Part shown: positions 37,907 to 47,295 of the stretch, piece by piece
How positions within the stretch are numbered: the stretch's first letter is position 1
Layout: every line of letters begins with the position of its first letter
IMG/VR virus record: IMGVR_UViG_3300021137_000001
Span: 186,001-250,000 of that record
DNA: 64,000 nt
Strand: one strand, 5' to 3'
Program-made: the position numbers and the translations under genes
Notes under the pieces: generated by a model
Seen by the model: only the letters and a program-made list of their open reading frames with translations
What the model was told of the DNA's origin: nothing
The model's database searches: none

Positions 37907-39590
37907 TAATTTAACAGCAAAACAACTCGGAGAAAACAATACATCGGGGTTGAGTCAGTGGAGTGTCTTTTTACCAGCACTGTCTGGCTTTTATGCAACG
38001 TATGTGGGAAAGCAACGCTTCCCTGATCCAGTAAAAGGATTGTATGTTGATGCAACTCGTATGCCGCCAGACTTTGAAAATGGTATGGAAGGGCTCAACT
38101 GGCTTAATCCAGAACAAGCATACTTTCCGTATCATTGGTCATTATATTCTGCAGGTCATGCTGAATTAGATGTTAACAAGTTTAGTCCAAAAGAAGATAT
38201 GGTTCGTAACAGAGATCGTAGTAAATCGTTTATTCTCGGTGACAGTGGTGGGTTCCAGATTGGTAAAGGTGTATGGGAAGGTGATTGGAAGAATCCTAAC
38301 TGTCCTAAAGCACAAAAGAAACGTGAGCTAGTGTTAACTTGGATGGATGCATATATGGATTATGGTATGTGTTTGGATATTCCAGCGTGGGTTGCTCGTA
38401 GTCCAAACGGTGCTAAAGCTACAGGTATTAGCACATACGAAGAAGCTGTACAAGGCACATACATTAATAATGATTGGTTTATTAATAATCGTACAGGTGC
38501 TTGTAAGTTTCTAAACGTATTGCAGGGCGAAAACCATACAGATGCAGACGATTGGTATGATCGTATGAAGAAGTATTGCGACCCTGTACAATATCCAGGC
38601 CGCCATTTTAATGGATGGGCAATGGGCGGGCAAAATATGTGTGATGTACATTTAGTACTTCGCAGACTTGTTGCATTACGCTTTGATGGCTTGTTAGAAA
38701 AAGGTTTGCATGATTGGATGCACTTTTTGGGTACAAGTAAACTAGAGTGGGCAGTGCTATTAACTGACATTCAACGTGCTGTCCGTAAATATCACAACCC
38801 TAACTTTACAATATCATTTGATTGTGCTAGTCCGTTCTTAGCAAGTGCTAACGGACAGATTTATACTCAAACAGAAGTTGAAGATGGTAAGAAATGGGTA
38901 TATCGTATGGTACCAAGTGTAGACAATAAGAAATATGCACTAGATACACGTAGATTCCGTGATGCAGTATTACAAGATGGTAAATTTAAAACGTTTACTG
39001 AAAGCCCAATTAGCGCACGTATTCAAATTAATGATGTGTGTGTATATCACGATGGTGTGCGTAAAACTAAAGCAGAATTAAACGGTGAAGAGTTTGATGT
39101 AACTAATCAAAATCATTATAGCACACCGCCAGCACTTAATAAGATTAATAAGGTTGGCAAAACATCATGGGATAGCTTTGCGTATGCTATTCAAATGGGT
39201 CATAATGTTTGGAGTCATCTTACTTCTGTACAAGAAGCAAACAGACAATATGATAAAGGTATTCGTCCTGCAATGATGTCAGCAATTACAGCAGATAAGA
39301 AATCACATAGAGCATATGATTTAATCTATTTTAGAGACATTGTTGATGCTATATTTGCAATCGACAATAGAGCCGATGCAGAAGCACTAATCGAACACTA
39401 TAATCAATATTGGATGGCTATTCCTGGTTCGCGTGGCGCAATTGGTAAGAAAACAATGAATGCCAGTACTACGTTTAATAGCTTGTTTGATGAAGTTGCA
39501 GTACCAGAAACAGAAGAAGAGCATCACATAGATGACAGTGGATTTGACGAAACTAATCTTAATAACTTAGAAGCAGGTTTGGAGGAATAA
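37887..39590 (+). CDS. dpdA: TGT-family transglycosylase, DpdA-like (7-deazaguanine insertion into DNA)
   Basis: LGDSGGFQ, LDIP, NVLQG, GWAMGG, HFLG, SFDCAS; clustered with folE/queD/queE; start may be TTG 37896. Confidence 0.75.
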   Translation: MIKLERDNLTAKQLGENNTSGLSQWSVFLPALSGFYATYVGKQRFPDPVKGLYVDATRMPPDFENGMEGLNWLNPEQAYFPYHWSLYSAGHAELDVNKFSPKEDMVRNRDRSKSFILGDSGGFQIGKGVWEGDWKNPNCPKAQKKRELVLTWMDAYMDYGMCLDIPAWVARSPNGAKATGISTYEEAVQGTYINNDWFINNRTGACKFLNVLQGENHTDADDWYDRMKKYCDPVQYPGRHFNGWAMGGQNMCDVHLVLRRLVALRFDGLLEKGLHDWMHFLGTSKLEWAVLLTDIQRAVRKYHNPNFTISFDCASPFLASANGQIYTQTEVEDGKKWVYRMVPSVDNKKYALDTRRFRDAVLQDGKFKTFTESPISARIQINDVCVYHDGVRKTKAELNGEEFDVTNQNHYSTPPALNKINKVGKTSWDSFAYAIQMGHNVWSHLTSVQEANRQYDKGIRPAMMSAITADKKSHRAYDLIYFRDIVDAIFAIDNRADAEALIEHYNQYWMAIPGSRGAIGKKTMNASTTFNSLFDEVAVPETEEEHHIDDSGFDETNLNNLEAGLEE

Positions 39591-39591
39591 C

Positions 39592-39777
39592 ATGGATAAA
39601 GGCAAACTCGAAAGTCATATCGAACGCTTAGTACAGCACCACGCAGATCTCGAACTGCAAATTAAAGAAGGGCGTAGTAACTATGTTGGCGATGCTAAAC
39701 TTAGCAAAGTTAAGCAAGAAAGATTAATTGTTAAGCGTCAAATTGAAGAATCTAAAACAAAATTAAAGGCACTATAA
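39592..39777 (+). CDS. Small coiled-coil protein (YdcH/DUF465-like)
   Basis: L..H..LE..I...K.ERL.VK..IE pattern; GGAGG SD. Confidence 0.6.
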   Translation: MDKGKLESHIERLVQHHADLELQIKEGRSNYVGDAKLSKVKQERLIVKRQIEESKTKLKAL

Positions 39778-40658
39778 TGAAAAGTTTAGTTATTGGTATG
39801 GGTATTGGTAATTTGTATCATGAAGTACTTACAAATTTAGGATATGAAATCGTAACCGTAGATCAAGATGCAACAAAAAATGCAGACTTTACCAGTGTTG
39901 CACTTGCACTAGCATCACATGAATATTTTGACACAGTGCATATCTGCACACCAAACTTTACACACGAAGCTATCGCGAGAGAAGTTGCTACCCATGCTAA
40001 ACTTGTATTCATCGAAAAGCCAGGAGTTAAAACTTCGGCAATTTGGCAACAGCTAGTCAAAGACTTTCCATATACACGTTTTATGATGGTTAAGAACAAT
40101 CAATGGCGTGAAAATATTGCAGAGTTACAAGCACTTGCGCAACGTAGTGTTAAAGTGGAACTTAATTGGATTAATCGTAATCGTGTTCCTGGTCCAGGTA
40201 CTTGGTTTACTACTAAAGAGTTAGCATATGGCGGTGTTAGCCGTGATTTGATGACACACTTGTTAAGTCTTTATATAGCACTTAGCGAAGATTATACTAA
40301 GCCAGCATTAACTCATTATAACGTAGCACAACGTTATACATTGGCAGAAGTGTCTGATACAGAATACGGTACGGTTAAGGCAGATGGTATATATGACGTA
40401 GATGATTTATGTGAATTTATATTTGAATCTCCCGAGCGTAAGTGGCGTTTAGTAGCAGACTGGCGCAATTTAACTGACGATGACCGCGGTATTAACTTTC
40501 ATATGGCAGACGGTAAAGTCGAACGTTTTGAATTAGGATTGTGCCCAGCAGAAGCATACCAAGCAATGATTAAAGATGCTGTTGAAAACATTGACAACGA
40601 TGCTTGGTTTAGTGTACAATTAGACTATGACTTATGGATTCATGGAAAGGTAGAATAG
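39777..40658 (+). CDS. Gfo/Idh/MocA-family NAD-dependent oxidoreductase
   Basis: IGMGIG, ICTPNFTH, IEKPG, GGVSRDLMTH. Confidence 0.85.
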   Translation: MKSLVIGMGIGNLYHEVLTNLGYEIVTVDQDATKNADFTSVALALASHEYFDTVHICTPNFTHEAIAREVATHAKLVFIEKPGVKTSAIWQQLVKDFPYTRFMMVKNNQWRENIAELQALAQRSVKVELNWINRNRVPGPGTWFTTKELAYGGVSRDLMTHLLSLYIALSEDYTKPALTHYNVAQRYTLAEVSDTEYGTVKADGIYDVDDLCEFIFESPERKWRLVADWRNLTDDDRGINFHMADGKVERFELGLCPAEAYQAMIKDAVENIDNDAWFSVQLDYDLWIHGKVE

Positions 40659-40659
40659 C

Positions 40660-41556
40660 TTGAGAGTTAAATTATTATGCACAGATGGCCTAGGCACATT
40701 CCAAGAAATTGCGTGGGATAAGCCAGCAATTAACAACAACGAAATTGAAGTTAAAGCAGTAATGACGGGTGTTTGTCGTAGTGACATCGATATGATGAAT
40801 GGCGAGTTTGGCCCATTGCCTATTCATATGCACGGACACGAAGGATTAGGCATTGTAACTAAAGTGGGTGCTAACATAACTGATGTAGAAGTAGGCAATT
40901 ATGTTGCTACCCGTGGTGAACCTGCTTATGCGGATTATTACAATGTACGCAAAGACGAATATGTCGGGGTACCCACATCAGAACCTAAATACATATTAGA
41001 ACCTGTTGCTTGTGGTATCAACGTAGTAAATCAAAATTTACGTGATGTTGCCGAACGTGCTGGCGAAGGTCGACGCTTGTTGATATTAGGCAGTGGCTTC
41101 CTTGCGTGGGTTGCGTATAATACATTGTTGATTAACCATTTAGAATTCGATATTACAGTGATTGGTCGTAGTAATCAAGACTTATGGCAAGGTAAGCTAT
41201 CTCATGAAATTACTGGTGTTTATGATGTTATTATTGACTTAACTGAACGCACTGATTACTTACAGGGCGATTGTGTTGCAAATAATGGCTTAATCATTAT
41301 TGGTACAGACAAGCACATTAATCAAACGTTCGGACAGTTAATTTGGAAAGCAGTTACTATTAGTTTTCCAAGTCCACGTACACCACGCTTTTATGAAGCA
41401 ATGGTAATGGCACGTGACTGGGTCGCTAGTGGTCAATTAAATGTTGACAAATTCTGGACAAAGTCGTATAATCGTAATACAGAGTGGCAATCTGCATTTG
41501 CAGATGGCCAAAACAGACCAGTAGGCTACAGCAGAGGATATATTAAGTGGGATTAA
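40660..41556 (+). CDS. Zn-dependent MDR alcohol/sugar dehydrogenase
   Basis: GVCRSD, GHEG.G.V..VG, LEPVAC, ILGSG; TTG start. Confidence 0.85.
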   Translation: MRVKLLCTDGLGTFQEIAWDKPAINNNEIEVKAVMTGVCRSDIDMMNGEFGPLPIHMHGHEGLGIVTKVGANITDVEVGNYVATRGEPAYADYYNVRKDEYVGVPTSEPKYILEPVACGINVVNQNLRDVAERAGEGRRLLILGSGFLAWVAYNTLLINHLEFDITVIGRSNQDLWQGKLSHEITGVYDVIIDLTERTDYLQGDCVANNGLIIIGTDKHINQTFGQLIWKAVTISFPSPRTPRFYEAMVMARDWVASGQLNVDKFWTKSYNRNTEWQSAFADGQNRPVGYSRGYIKWD

Positions 41557-42068
41557 ACACAGAAGAAAGACAGGAGGTAGTTTACTTTACAGGATTTGAA
41601 GTAGAGCATACTATTTGCTATGGTATGAAAACTTTGTTTGTTGTAGGTACTCCGCCAGTGGCAGAAATTATAGAAAAAGCTGAAACAAACGAATGTAAGC
41701 ATATTTACTTTGGCACAAGTCAAAGTTTCAATCCTACAGCAATGACACAGGAAGAATATAAACCATGGGATGATGTCATTATTGAATGTTTAAAGAATGA
41801 CTATTGGGTTAGCTTAGACTTTGGTGTTGAACATATCGAAGGTGTTATCGAAAGTGGCTATTCAGAATACGCTAGATTTGTTCCTATGATTAGTGTTAAA
41901 TTGCCGTATATCAGCTTACTTAATTATAATGCAACACTTAAACTTGATGACATTACTTGGGGCAAAACAAACCCTGGTGTATGGACACATCATTTACAAA
42001 CGCTAATGGGTAAAGATAAATTTACCCATTGGGATCAATATACACAAGATACTTCAATCGATCTATAA
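41547..42068 (+). CDS. Hypothetical protein in the modification cluster
   Basis: GTG start; EVEHT, HIYFG, KLDD..NPGVW. Confidence 0.7.
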   Translation: MGLNTEERQEVVYFTGFEVEHTICYGMKTLFVVGTPPVAEIIEKAETNECKHIYFGTSQSFNPTAMTQEEYKPWDDVIIECLKNDYWVSLDFGVEHIEGVIESGYSEYARFVPMISVKLPYISLLNYNATLKLDDITWGKTNPGVWTHHLQTLMGKDKFTHWDQYTQDTSIDL

Positions 42069-42079
42069 AGGATTGCAAA

Positions 42080-42592
42080 ATGAATAAAAGTTTCTTTTTA
42101 TATTTACATAATGATTTAAGCGGAAACCCGGCTTGGAAAAAGGTGGGAATAGGAATGACTCCGTATTCCGTTGTGAGATCTAGACAAAAATTTTGTTCTG
42201 ACAGATTTGGATTAACTCATTTATTTTTCGGTGATCCTAGCCATATTGCTTTTTTAGAAAAAGAATTTAAAGATAAATTTTTTCATAATTCGGGTACATA
42301 CATTAATAAAATAAGTGCGCAAACAGAATTATTTAATATGGCAGAAGAAGATATTTTGTTAGCAATTAACAATATCATTAAAATTAATGAATTACATATA
42401 AAGAAATTAGATTTAGCAGTACCGTATTCTGCTGCAAATAGTGGCGAATGTCCGTACAATATACCTTCAGAAGCCGAGTCTCATAATCATTTACGAGATT
42501 TGATTATCGAAGAATGGGATACTATAGTAGTAAGAGGTAAAACATCAAAGGCATCTATTAGATTTTCAAAATTATTCGAGGAAGTAGAATGA
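42080..42592 (+). CDS. GIY-YIG/T5orf172-like hypothetical protein
   Basis: FLYL..WKKVGI..R, TELF; AAGGA SD before ATG 42080. Confidence 0.5.
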   Translation: MNKSFFLYLHNDLSGNPAWKKVGIGMTPYSVVRSRQKFCSDRFGLTHLFFGDPSHIAFLEKEFKDKFFHNSGTYINKISAQTELFNMAEEDILLAINNIIKINELHIKKLDLAVPYSAANSGECPYNIPSEAESHNHLRDLIIEEWDTIVVRGKTSKASIRFSKLFEEVE

Positions 42593-42993
42593 TACAAGCA
42601 GAACGTGAAAAGATAGAACGTATTAAGTCTAATGGAATACGTACAACTTATATTAAAGTTAGAACTGAATTTGAGGGATTTCATTACTACCCTAACGCAG
42701 GTACTATTGATTCGCGTATCAAATTTCTTGAGAATGAACATCGACATATATTCAAAGTTGAAGTGAAAATATCAGTTACGCACCTCGACCGTGAGTTAGA
42801 ATTTTTCTTAGTTAAATGGGCGTTACAAGAATTTATTAAAGCAGGTAATCAAAATCACAAATCGTGTGAGATGATTGCTGTTAACATTTTAGAAAATCAT
42901 TTAATACCATTGTATGGTAATAGATCGTATACTGTAATAGTGTCCGAGGATGGGGAATCAGATGGTATCATTGAATTTGATCCACAGATTTGA
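42589..42993 (+). CDS. Divergent QueD/PTPS-like T-fold protein
   Basis: FEGFH, HRHIF, RELEF, SCEMIA, VSEDGE. Confidence 0.6.
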   Translation: MIQAEREKIERIKSNGIRTTYIKVRTEFEGFHYYPNAGTIDSRIKFLENEHRHIFKVEVKISVTHLDRELEFFLVKWALQEFIKAGNQNHKSCEMIAVNILENHLIPLYGNRSYTVIVSEDGESDGIIEFDPQI

Positions 42994-43705
42994 TTAATGC
43001 ATCTAGAGTAATAGAACATTGTGTGCGTTTAGACCTATTGTCTAATTTCGGAAGTAATTCTAAATTAACATAATGACCTATAATCTCCGGAGAAATATTT
43101 TGTTTAAATCCTTCTGTAATGCTAAATTTGTGATCTAATTCAAATTTTGTACCTCTTTCTAAATTTTGAGGATTAATTTTATTTTGATGATGCGTCCAAC
43201 TCTTATAAGTATGATTAAGGACTTGTTCTCTATATAATTCCCATTCACTTTTTTGTTCTTTAGGAATAGCAATGCCATTTTTAATTTTTGTATTAGTTGC
43301 TTCTGAATAACATACAGGATCTCGACCATTGGCTTTAGCAGATTGTTTTTGTTTAGTTTCGATGCTATGAGTTTTTCCGTACATTGGATTATTAACTCCG
43401 CTGTGCCCGCCACGAAACCTAACTGCTTTAGAGATAGTACTTCCTTTATTCGCAAGCCAGTCGCTATCAGTATGGAGTTGTTTAAGAACAGCATTGCCTT
43501 TCTCGCTCATCTGTTTCATATGAGCTTTCCGTTGTTCAGGAGTAGTATTTTTATCCCGAGATGCTTGCGCTTTTTTAATAAATCCCGGGCATTGGGTAAT
43601 TTTTTCAACACATCTCATTTTTTTGGAGTTATAACTTATGTAAAAGGCTTGACATTCACACAAATAACATGTATTATTAACATTAACAGTAGTAAGTTTA
43701 GGCAT
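42968..43705 (-). mobile_element. Free-standing HNH homing endonuclease with NUMOD3
   Basis: N-terminal Cys cluster, NNPMYGKTHSIETK, ELDHKFS..NLELL..DNRSK; overlaps the 3' end of the neighbouring gene. Confidence 0.75.
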
Positions 43706-43764
43706 AGTTCTATCTCTCTATTGTTATTATTTATCAGTCTGTCACTATTTAAGGAGATTTTTCC

Positions 43765-43992
43765 GTGGCAAATCCAGTTTGGCTTAAGAAGTACCTAGTA
43801 ATGAAACCAGATGTAAGACAAATTTTTAACGATTTAGATGCATGGTGCAACTATTGTCGCTTCCATATGATTAAGTATGATGAAGCAGACTTGTACACGT
43901 CACAAGCGTACAAGGAATGGCAAGAGAAGCGCAAACGCCGTGAGCAATGGCGTCAGCAACAAGGGCATCCAGGTTACCAAGGACGTAAATAG
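43765..43992 (+). CDS. Hypothetical protein
   Basis: AAGGAG SD, GTG start, IFNDLDAWCNYCR..YDEADLY. Confidence 0.75.
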   Translation: MANPVWLKKYLVMKPDVRQIFNDLDAWCNYCRFHMIKYDEADLYTSQAYKEWQEKRKRREQWRQQQGHPGYQGRK

Positions 43993-43993
43993 T

Positions 43994-45085
43994 ATGACCG
44001 TTTACATCGTTGATTTAGAGGCGGTGGACAGTAGGTACACGGGTCAATGGAAAACTCATGTGCCTACTTTGCTTGAAGAACATGGTCATGAAGTATATGT
44101 GATTAATGGTCCTCACGATATTCCGGCTGCAACAACTCCTGGTGCATTCCTTAACTTTGGTGGTACTAACATTTACAAGGCCGCACAGGTTGAGAAAATG
44201 GCTAGACTATTTACTGAAGGACAAATTCATAAAGGTGATCACTTCATCTTTACAGATGCATGGCATCCTGGCATTATCAACTTGAAGTATATGAGTGAGC
44301 TATTACAGATTCCTGTAACTATTCACGCACTATGGCATGCTGGCAGTTACGACCCGCAAGACTTTTTAGGTCGTTTGATTGGTAATAAATCGTGGGTAAG
44401 ACATGCAGAGAAAAGTTTCTTTGCGGCAATTGATCATAACTACTTTGCAACAGACTTTCATATTGATATGTTCTGTGCTAACTTACTTAATGATGGCTTA
44501 TGTGAAAATCCGTGGGCGGCTGAAGATCGAGCAGATATGATTGCTGAAGGTAAGATTGTGCGTAGCGGTTGGCCTATGGAATATATGCCAACAGTACTTG
44601 CGCCATTTAAGAATTTAGAGAAACGTGACTTAATTCTGTTTCCGCATCGTATAGCACCAGAGAAGCAAGTAGAAATCTTTAAGAATCTTGCAAAAACATT
44701 ACCGCAATATGAATGGATTGTCTGTCAGGAAGAACAACTCACTAAAGATGAGTATCATACATTGTTAGGTGAAGCTAAGTTAGTGTTTAGCGCAAACTTA
44801 CAAGAAACACTTGGTATTAGTATGTATGAAGGTGCGTTAGTAAGTGCTATACCGATGGTGCCCGATAGACTCAGCTATCGTGAAATGTTCGATGATACGT
44901 GGAGGTATCCAAGCAAGTGGACTGAATCGTTTGAAAGTTACTTACATCATAAAGAATGTGTGTGTAATTTGATTAATGAATATATGAATAATTACAGTGA
45001 ATATGCTCCGTTAATTCCACAGCAAGCACACAATTTGCATACTAATTTCTTCTCAGCAACTGAAATAATAAAGAATGTCATTTAA
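43994..45085 (+). CDS. GT-B (GT4-like) glycosyltransferase
   Basis: FPHRIAPEKQ, QETLGISMYEG, PDRLSY; ATG 43994 preferred as start. Confidence 0.8.
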   Translation: MTVYIVDLEAVDSRYTGQWKTHVPTLLEEHGHEVYVINGPHDIPAATTPGAFLNFGGTNIYKAAQVEKMARLFTEGQIHKGDHFIFTDAWHPGIINLKYMSELLQIPVTIHALWHAGSYDPQDFLGRLIGNKSWVRHAEKSFFAAIDHNYFATDFHIDMFCANLLNDGLCENPWAAEDRADMIAEGKIVRSGWPMEYMPTVLAPFKNLEKRDLILFPHRIAPEKQVEIFKNLAKTLPQYEWIVCQEEQLTKDEYHTLLGEAKLVFSANLQETLGISMYEGALVSAIPMVPDRLSYREMFDDTWRYPSKWTESFESYLHHKECVCNLINEYMNNYSEYAPLIPQQAHNLHTNFFSATEIIKNVI

Positions 45086-45656
45086 TGCAATAGCAAAGTT
45101 TGAACAGGCTTTAGGTGAACTTACAGGCGCACCTTTTGTTGTTATGACAGATTGTTGCACACATGCACTAGAACTGTGTCTACGTTACGAGAAGGTAAAA
45201 CGATGTCGTTTTAGTGCATTTACCTACCTTTCTGTGCCAATGACCATGCATAAACTGAACATTTCGTATGGTTTAACAGCCGATAATGAATGGGTCGGAG
45301 AATATCCTATACTTGGTACACGGATATGGGATAGTGCAAGATTGTTGCGTATGGGTATGTATCGTGCGGGACAAATGCAGTGCTTGAGCTTTGGATATAG
45401 CAAACCGTTAGACATTGGGCGTGGTGGTGCAATACTCCTAGACGATGAAGTTGCGTATAACAAACTTATACAGCAACGCAGTGATGGCCGAGACCTGCGT
45501 ATTGCTCCGTGGCAAGATCAAAAAGTATTTGAAGTGGGTTATCATTATAGACCAACTATAGAAGAAGCAGTAAGAGCATTAGAAAAATTACTAACCATCA
45601 ATCAAGAACCTAAATACATTAAGTATCCAGACTTACGTGAAATTATTATCAAATAA
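45075..45656 (+). CDS. Short DegT/DnrJ-family PLP aminotransferase
   Basis: CTHALEL, TYLS, IWDSA, LSFGYSKPL..GRGGAI. Confidence 0.8.
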   Translation: MSFNAIAKFEQALGELTGAPFVVMTDCCTHALELCLRYEKVKRCRFSAFTYLSVPMTMHKLNISYGLTADNEWVGEYPILGTRIWDSARLLRMGMYRAGQMQCLSFGYSKPLDIGRGGAILLDDEVAYNKLIQQRSDGRDLRIAPWQDQKVFEVGYHYRPTIEEAVRALEKLLTINQEPKYIKYPDLREIIIK

Positions 45657-45733
45657 CTTGACGTGACCTAAATAATAGTGTTATACTAATTTATCAATCG
45701 CCAATATCCACTGGCTTAACATAGGAGCAGTAC

Positions 45734-46435
45734 ATGTCAGACATAAAATATTCAGTAAGTCAATCAGTTCGCGAAAACTTAAAAGCACACAATAAACGTT
45801 TTTGGGCAGGTGACAACATCTCAGAATTCATCAGTGAATCTACTAAAGAAATGCTTATAGACGAAGCCACCGTAGCGTTTGAAGGTGTATTAGATGCATT
45901 GCTAATTGATCGCGAGAATGATCCAAACAGTAAAGGTACAGCACGTAGACTTGCTAAGATGTACTACACAGAGATTATGGCTGGACGTTACGAATTAGCA
46001 CCAGATGCAACAGCGTTTCCAAATGATTCAGAAGATCGTTACGAAGGTATGCTAGTTGTACGTAGCGAACTTAAAAGCATGTGCAGTCATCATCACCAAC
46101 CAGTTTCCGGAGTCGCATACATTGGTATTATTGCTGCGCACAAACTAATCGGACTTAGTAAGTATACACGTATTGCACAATGGTGCGCCACCCGTGGTAC
46201 ATTACAAGAAGAACTATGTAATGATATCTCAAAAGAAATTATGAATGCAACAGCAAGTGAGAATGTAGCAGTTTATATCCAAGCGACACACGGTTGCTGT
46301 GAGAATCGCGGCATTATGGCACATAGTTCATTGACTCAAACTACAGTACTCAAAGGTGCGTTTAATACTGATCCTGGTACTAAGCAAGAATTCTTTGATA
46401 ATGTAAAACTACAACAGCAGTTTGCTCCAAGATAA
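45734..46435 (+). CDS. folE: GTP cyclohydrolase I
   Basis: SMCSHH, IGLSKY.R, LQE, HGCCENRG. Confidence 0.95.
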   Translation: MSDIKYSVSQSVRENLKAHNKRFWAGDNISEFISESTKEMLIDEATVAFEGVLDALLIDRENDPNSKGTARRLAKMYYTEIMAGRYELAPDATAFPNDSEDRYEGMLVVRSELKSMCSHHHQPVSGVAYIGIIAAHKLIGLSKYTRIAQWCATRGTLQEELCNDISKEIMNATASENVAVYIQATHGCCENRGIMAHSSLTQTTVLKGAFNTDPGTKQEFFDNVKLQQQFAPR

Positions 46436-46444
46436 GGAATAAGT

Positions 46445-46804
46445 ATGTTTAAGAGATGGTTAATACGTTTAGCAGATAAATGGCGCATAAATGACTGGGA
46501 AGATACTGTGCCAGAACCCAAACAAGTCTGGGGCGGTGGGCGTAAACAGCGTAAGCAGACACTTAGTAGTGGGATGAATAGTTCAACACTAACATCTAAG
46601 TCACATCACCGGGTATCACACAACTACGACGACGATGGAGTAATTACATTTAAAGTGTATAGTGCAAATGGTGGCAAGATAGTTGAGGCATCACGTTACG
46701 ATAACAATCGAGACAACGAAGTTATTAAACTGTATATTATTGAAGAAAATGCAGACTTTACAGAATCGTTGGCTAAAATTGTTACAATGGAGTATTTACG
46801 ATGA
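46445..46804 (+). CDS. Hypothetical protein
   Basis: FKVYSANGGKIVE..YD. Confidence 0.7.
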   Translation: MFKRWLIRLADKWRINDWEDTVPEPKQVWGGGRKQRKQTLSSGMNSSTLTSKSHHRVSHNYDDDGVITFKVYSANGGKIVEASRYDNNRDNEVIKLYIIEENADFTESLAKIVTMEYLR

Positions 46805-47295
46805 ATAAGATTGAAAAAGTATATTATGGTGATGTACACGTTAGAGATATGATTAGCGATATCTCTATGAAAATGCATCGTGACAATTGGAAACCCGATT
46901 ACATTGTTGGGTTAACACGTGGCGGATTGATTCCAGCAGTGTATCTAAGTCACTATCTTGATGTTCCAATGGAAACATTAAAAGTAAGTTTGCGTGATAA
47001 TGCAGATACCGAAAGTAACTTATGGATGGCAGAAGATGCGTTTAATGGTAAAAACATTCTTATCGTAGACGACATTAATGACACCGGTGCTACGTTAGAT
47101 TGGATTATCAATGATTGGCAAAGCAGTTGCTTACCAGATGACCCACATTGGGAACATGTGTGGGGAGATAATGTTAGAATAGCGGTATTAGTTGATAATT
47201 TAAGTAGTAACTTTAGTTGTCAAGTAGACTATTGTGCTGTTGAGATTAACAAAGCAGAAAAAGATGTATGGATTGTTTACCCATGGGAAAGATAG
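46801..47295 (+). CDS. Type I phosphoribosyltransferase (Gpt-like)
   Basis: GLTRGGLIP, LIVDDINDTGAT, WIVYPWE. Confidence 0.92.
   Translation: MNKIEKVYYGDVHVRDMISDISMKMHRDNWKPDYIVGLTRGGLIPAVYLSHYLDVPMETLKVSLRDNADTESNLWMAEDAFNGKNILIVDDINDTGATLDWIINDWQSSCLPDDPHWEHVWGDNVRIAVLVDNLSSNFSCQVDYCAVEINKAEKDVWIVYPWER

Noticed and set aside
37887-39590. Canonical tRNA-guanine transglycosylase (tgt)
   Set aside because: Lacks the C-terminal CxCxxC zinc site, is much longer, and sits beside replication genes; DpdA-like is preferred though unproven.
45700-45716. Riboswitch upstream of folE
   Set aside because: Only a 4-bp hairpin (GCCA-N8-TGGC); no preQ1 or other aptamer consensus recognised.
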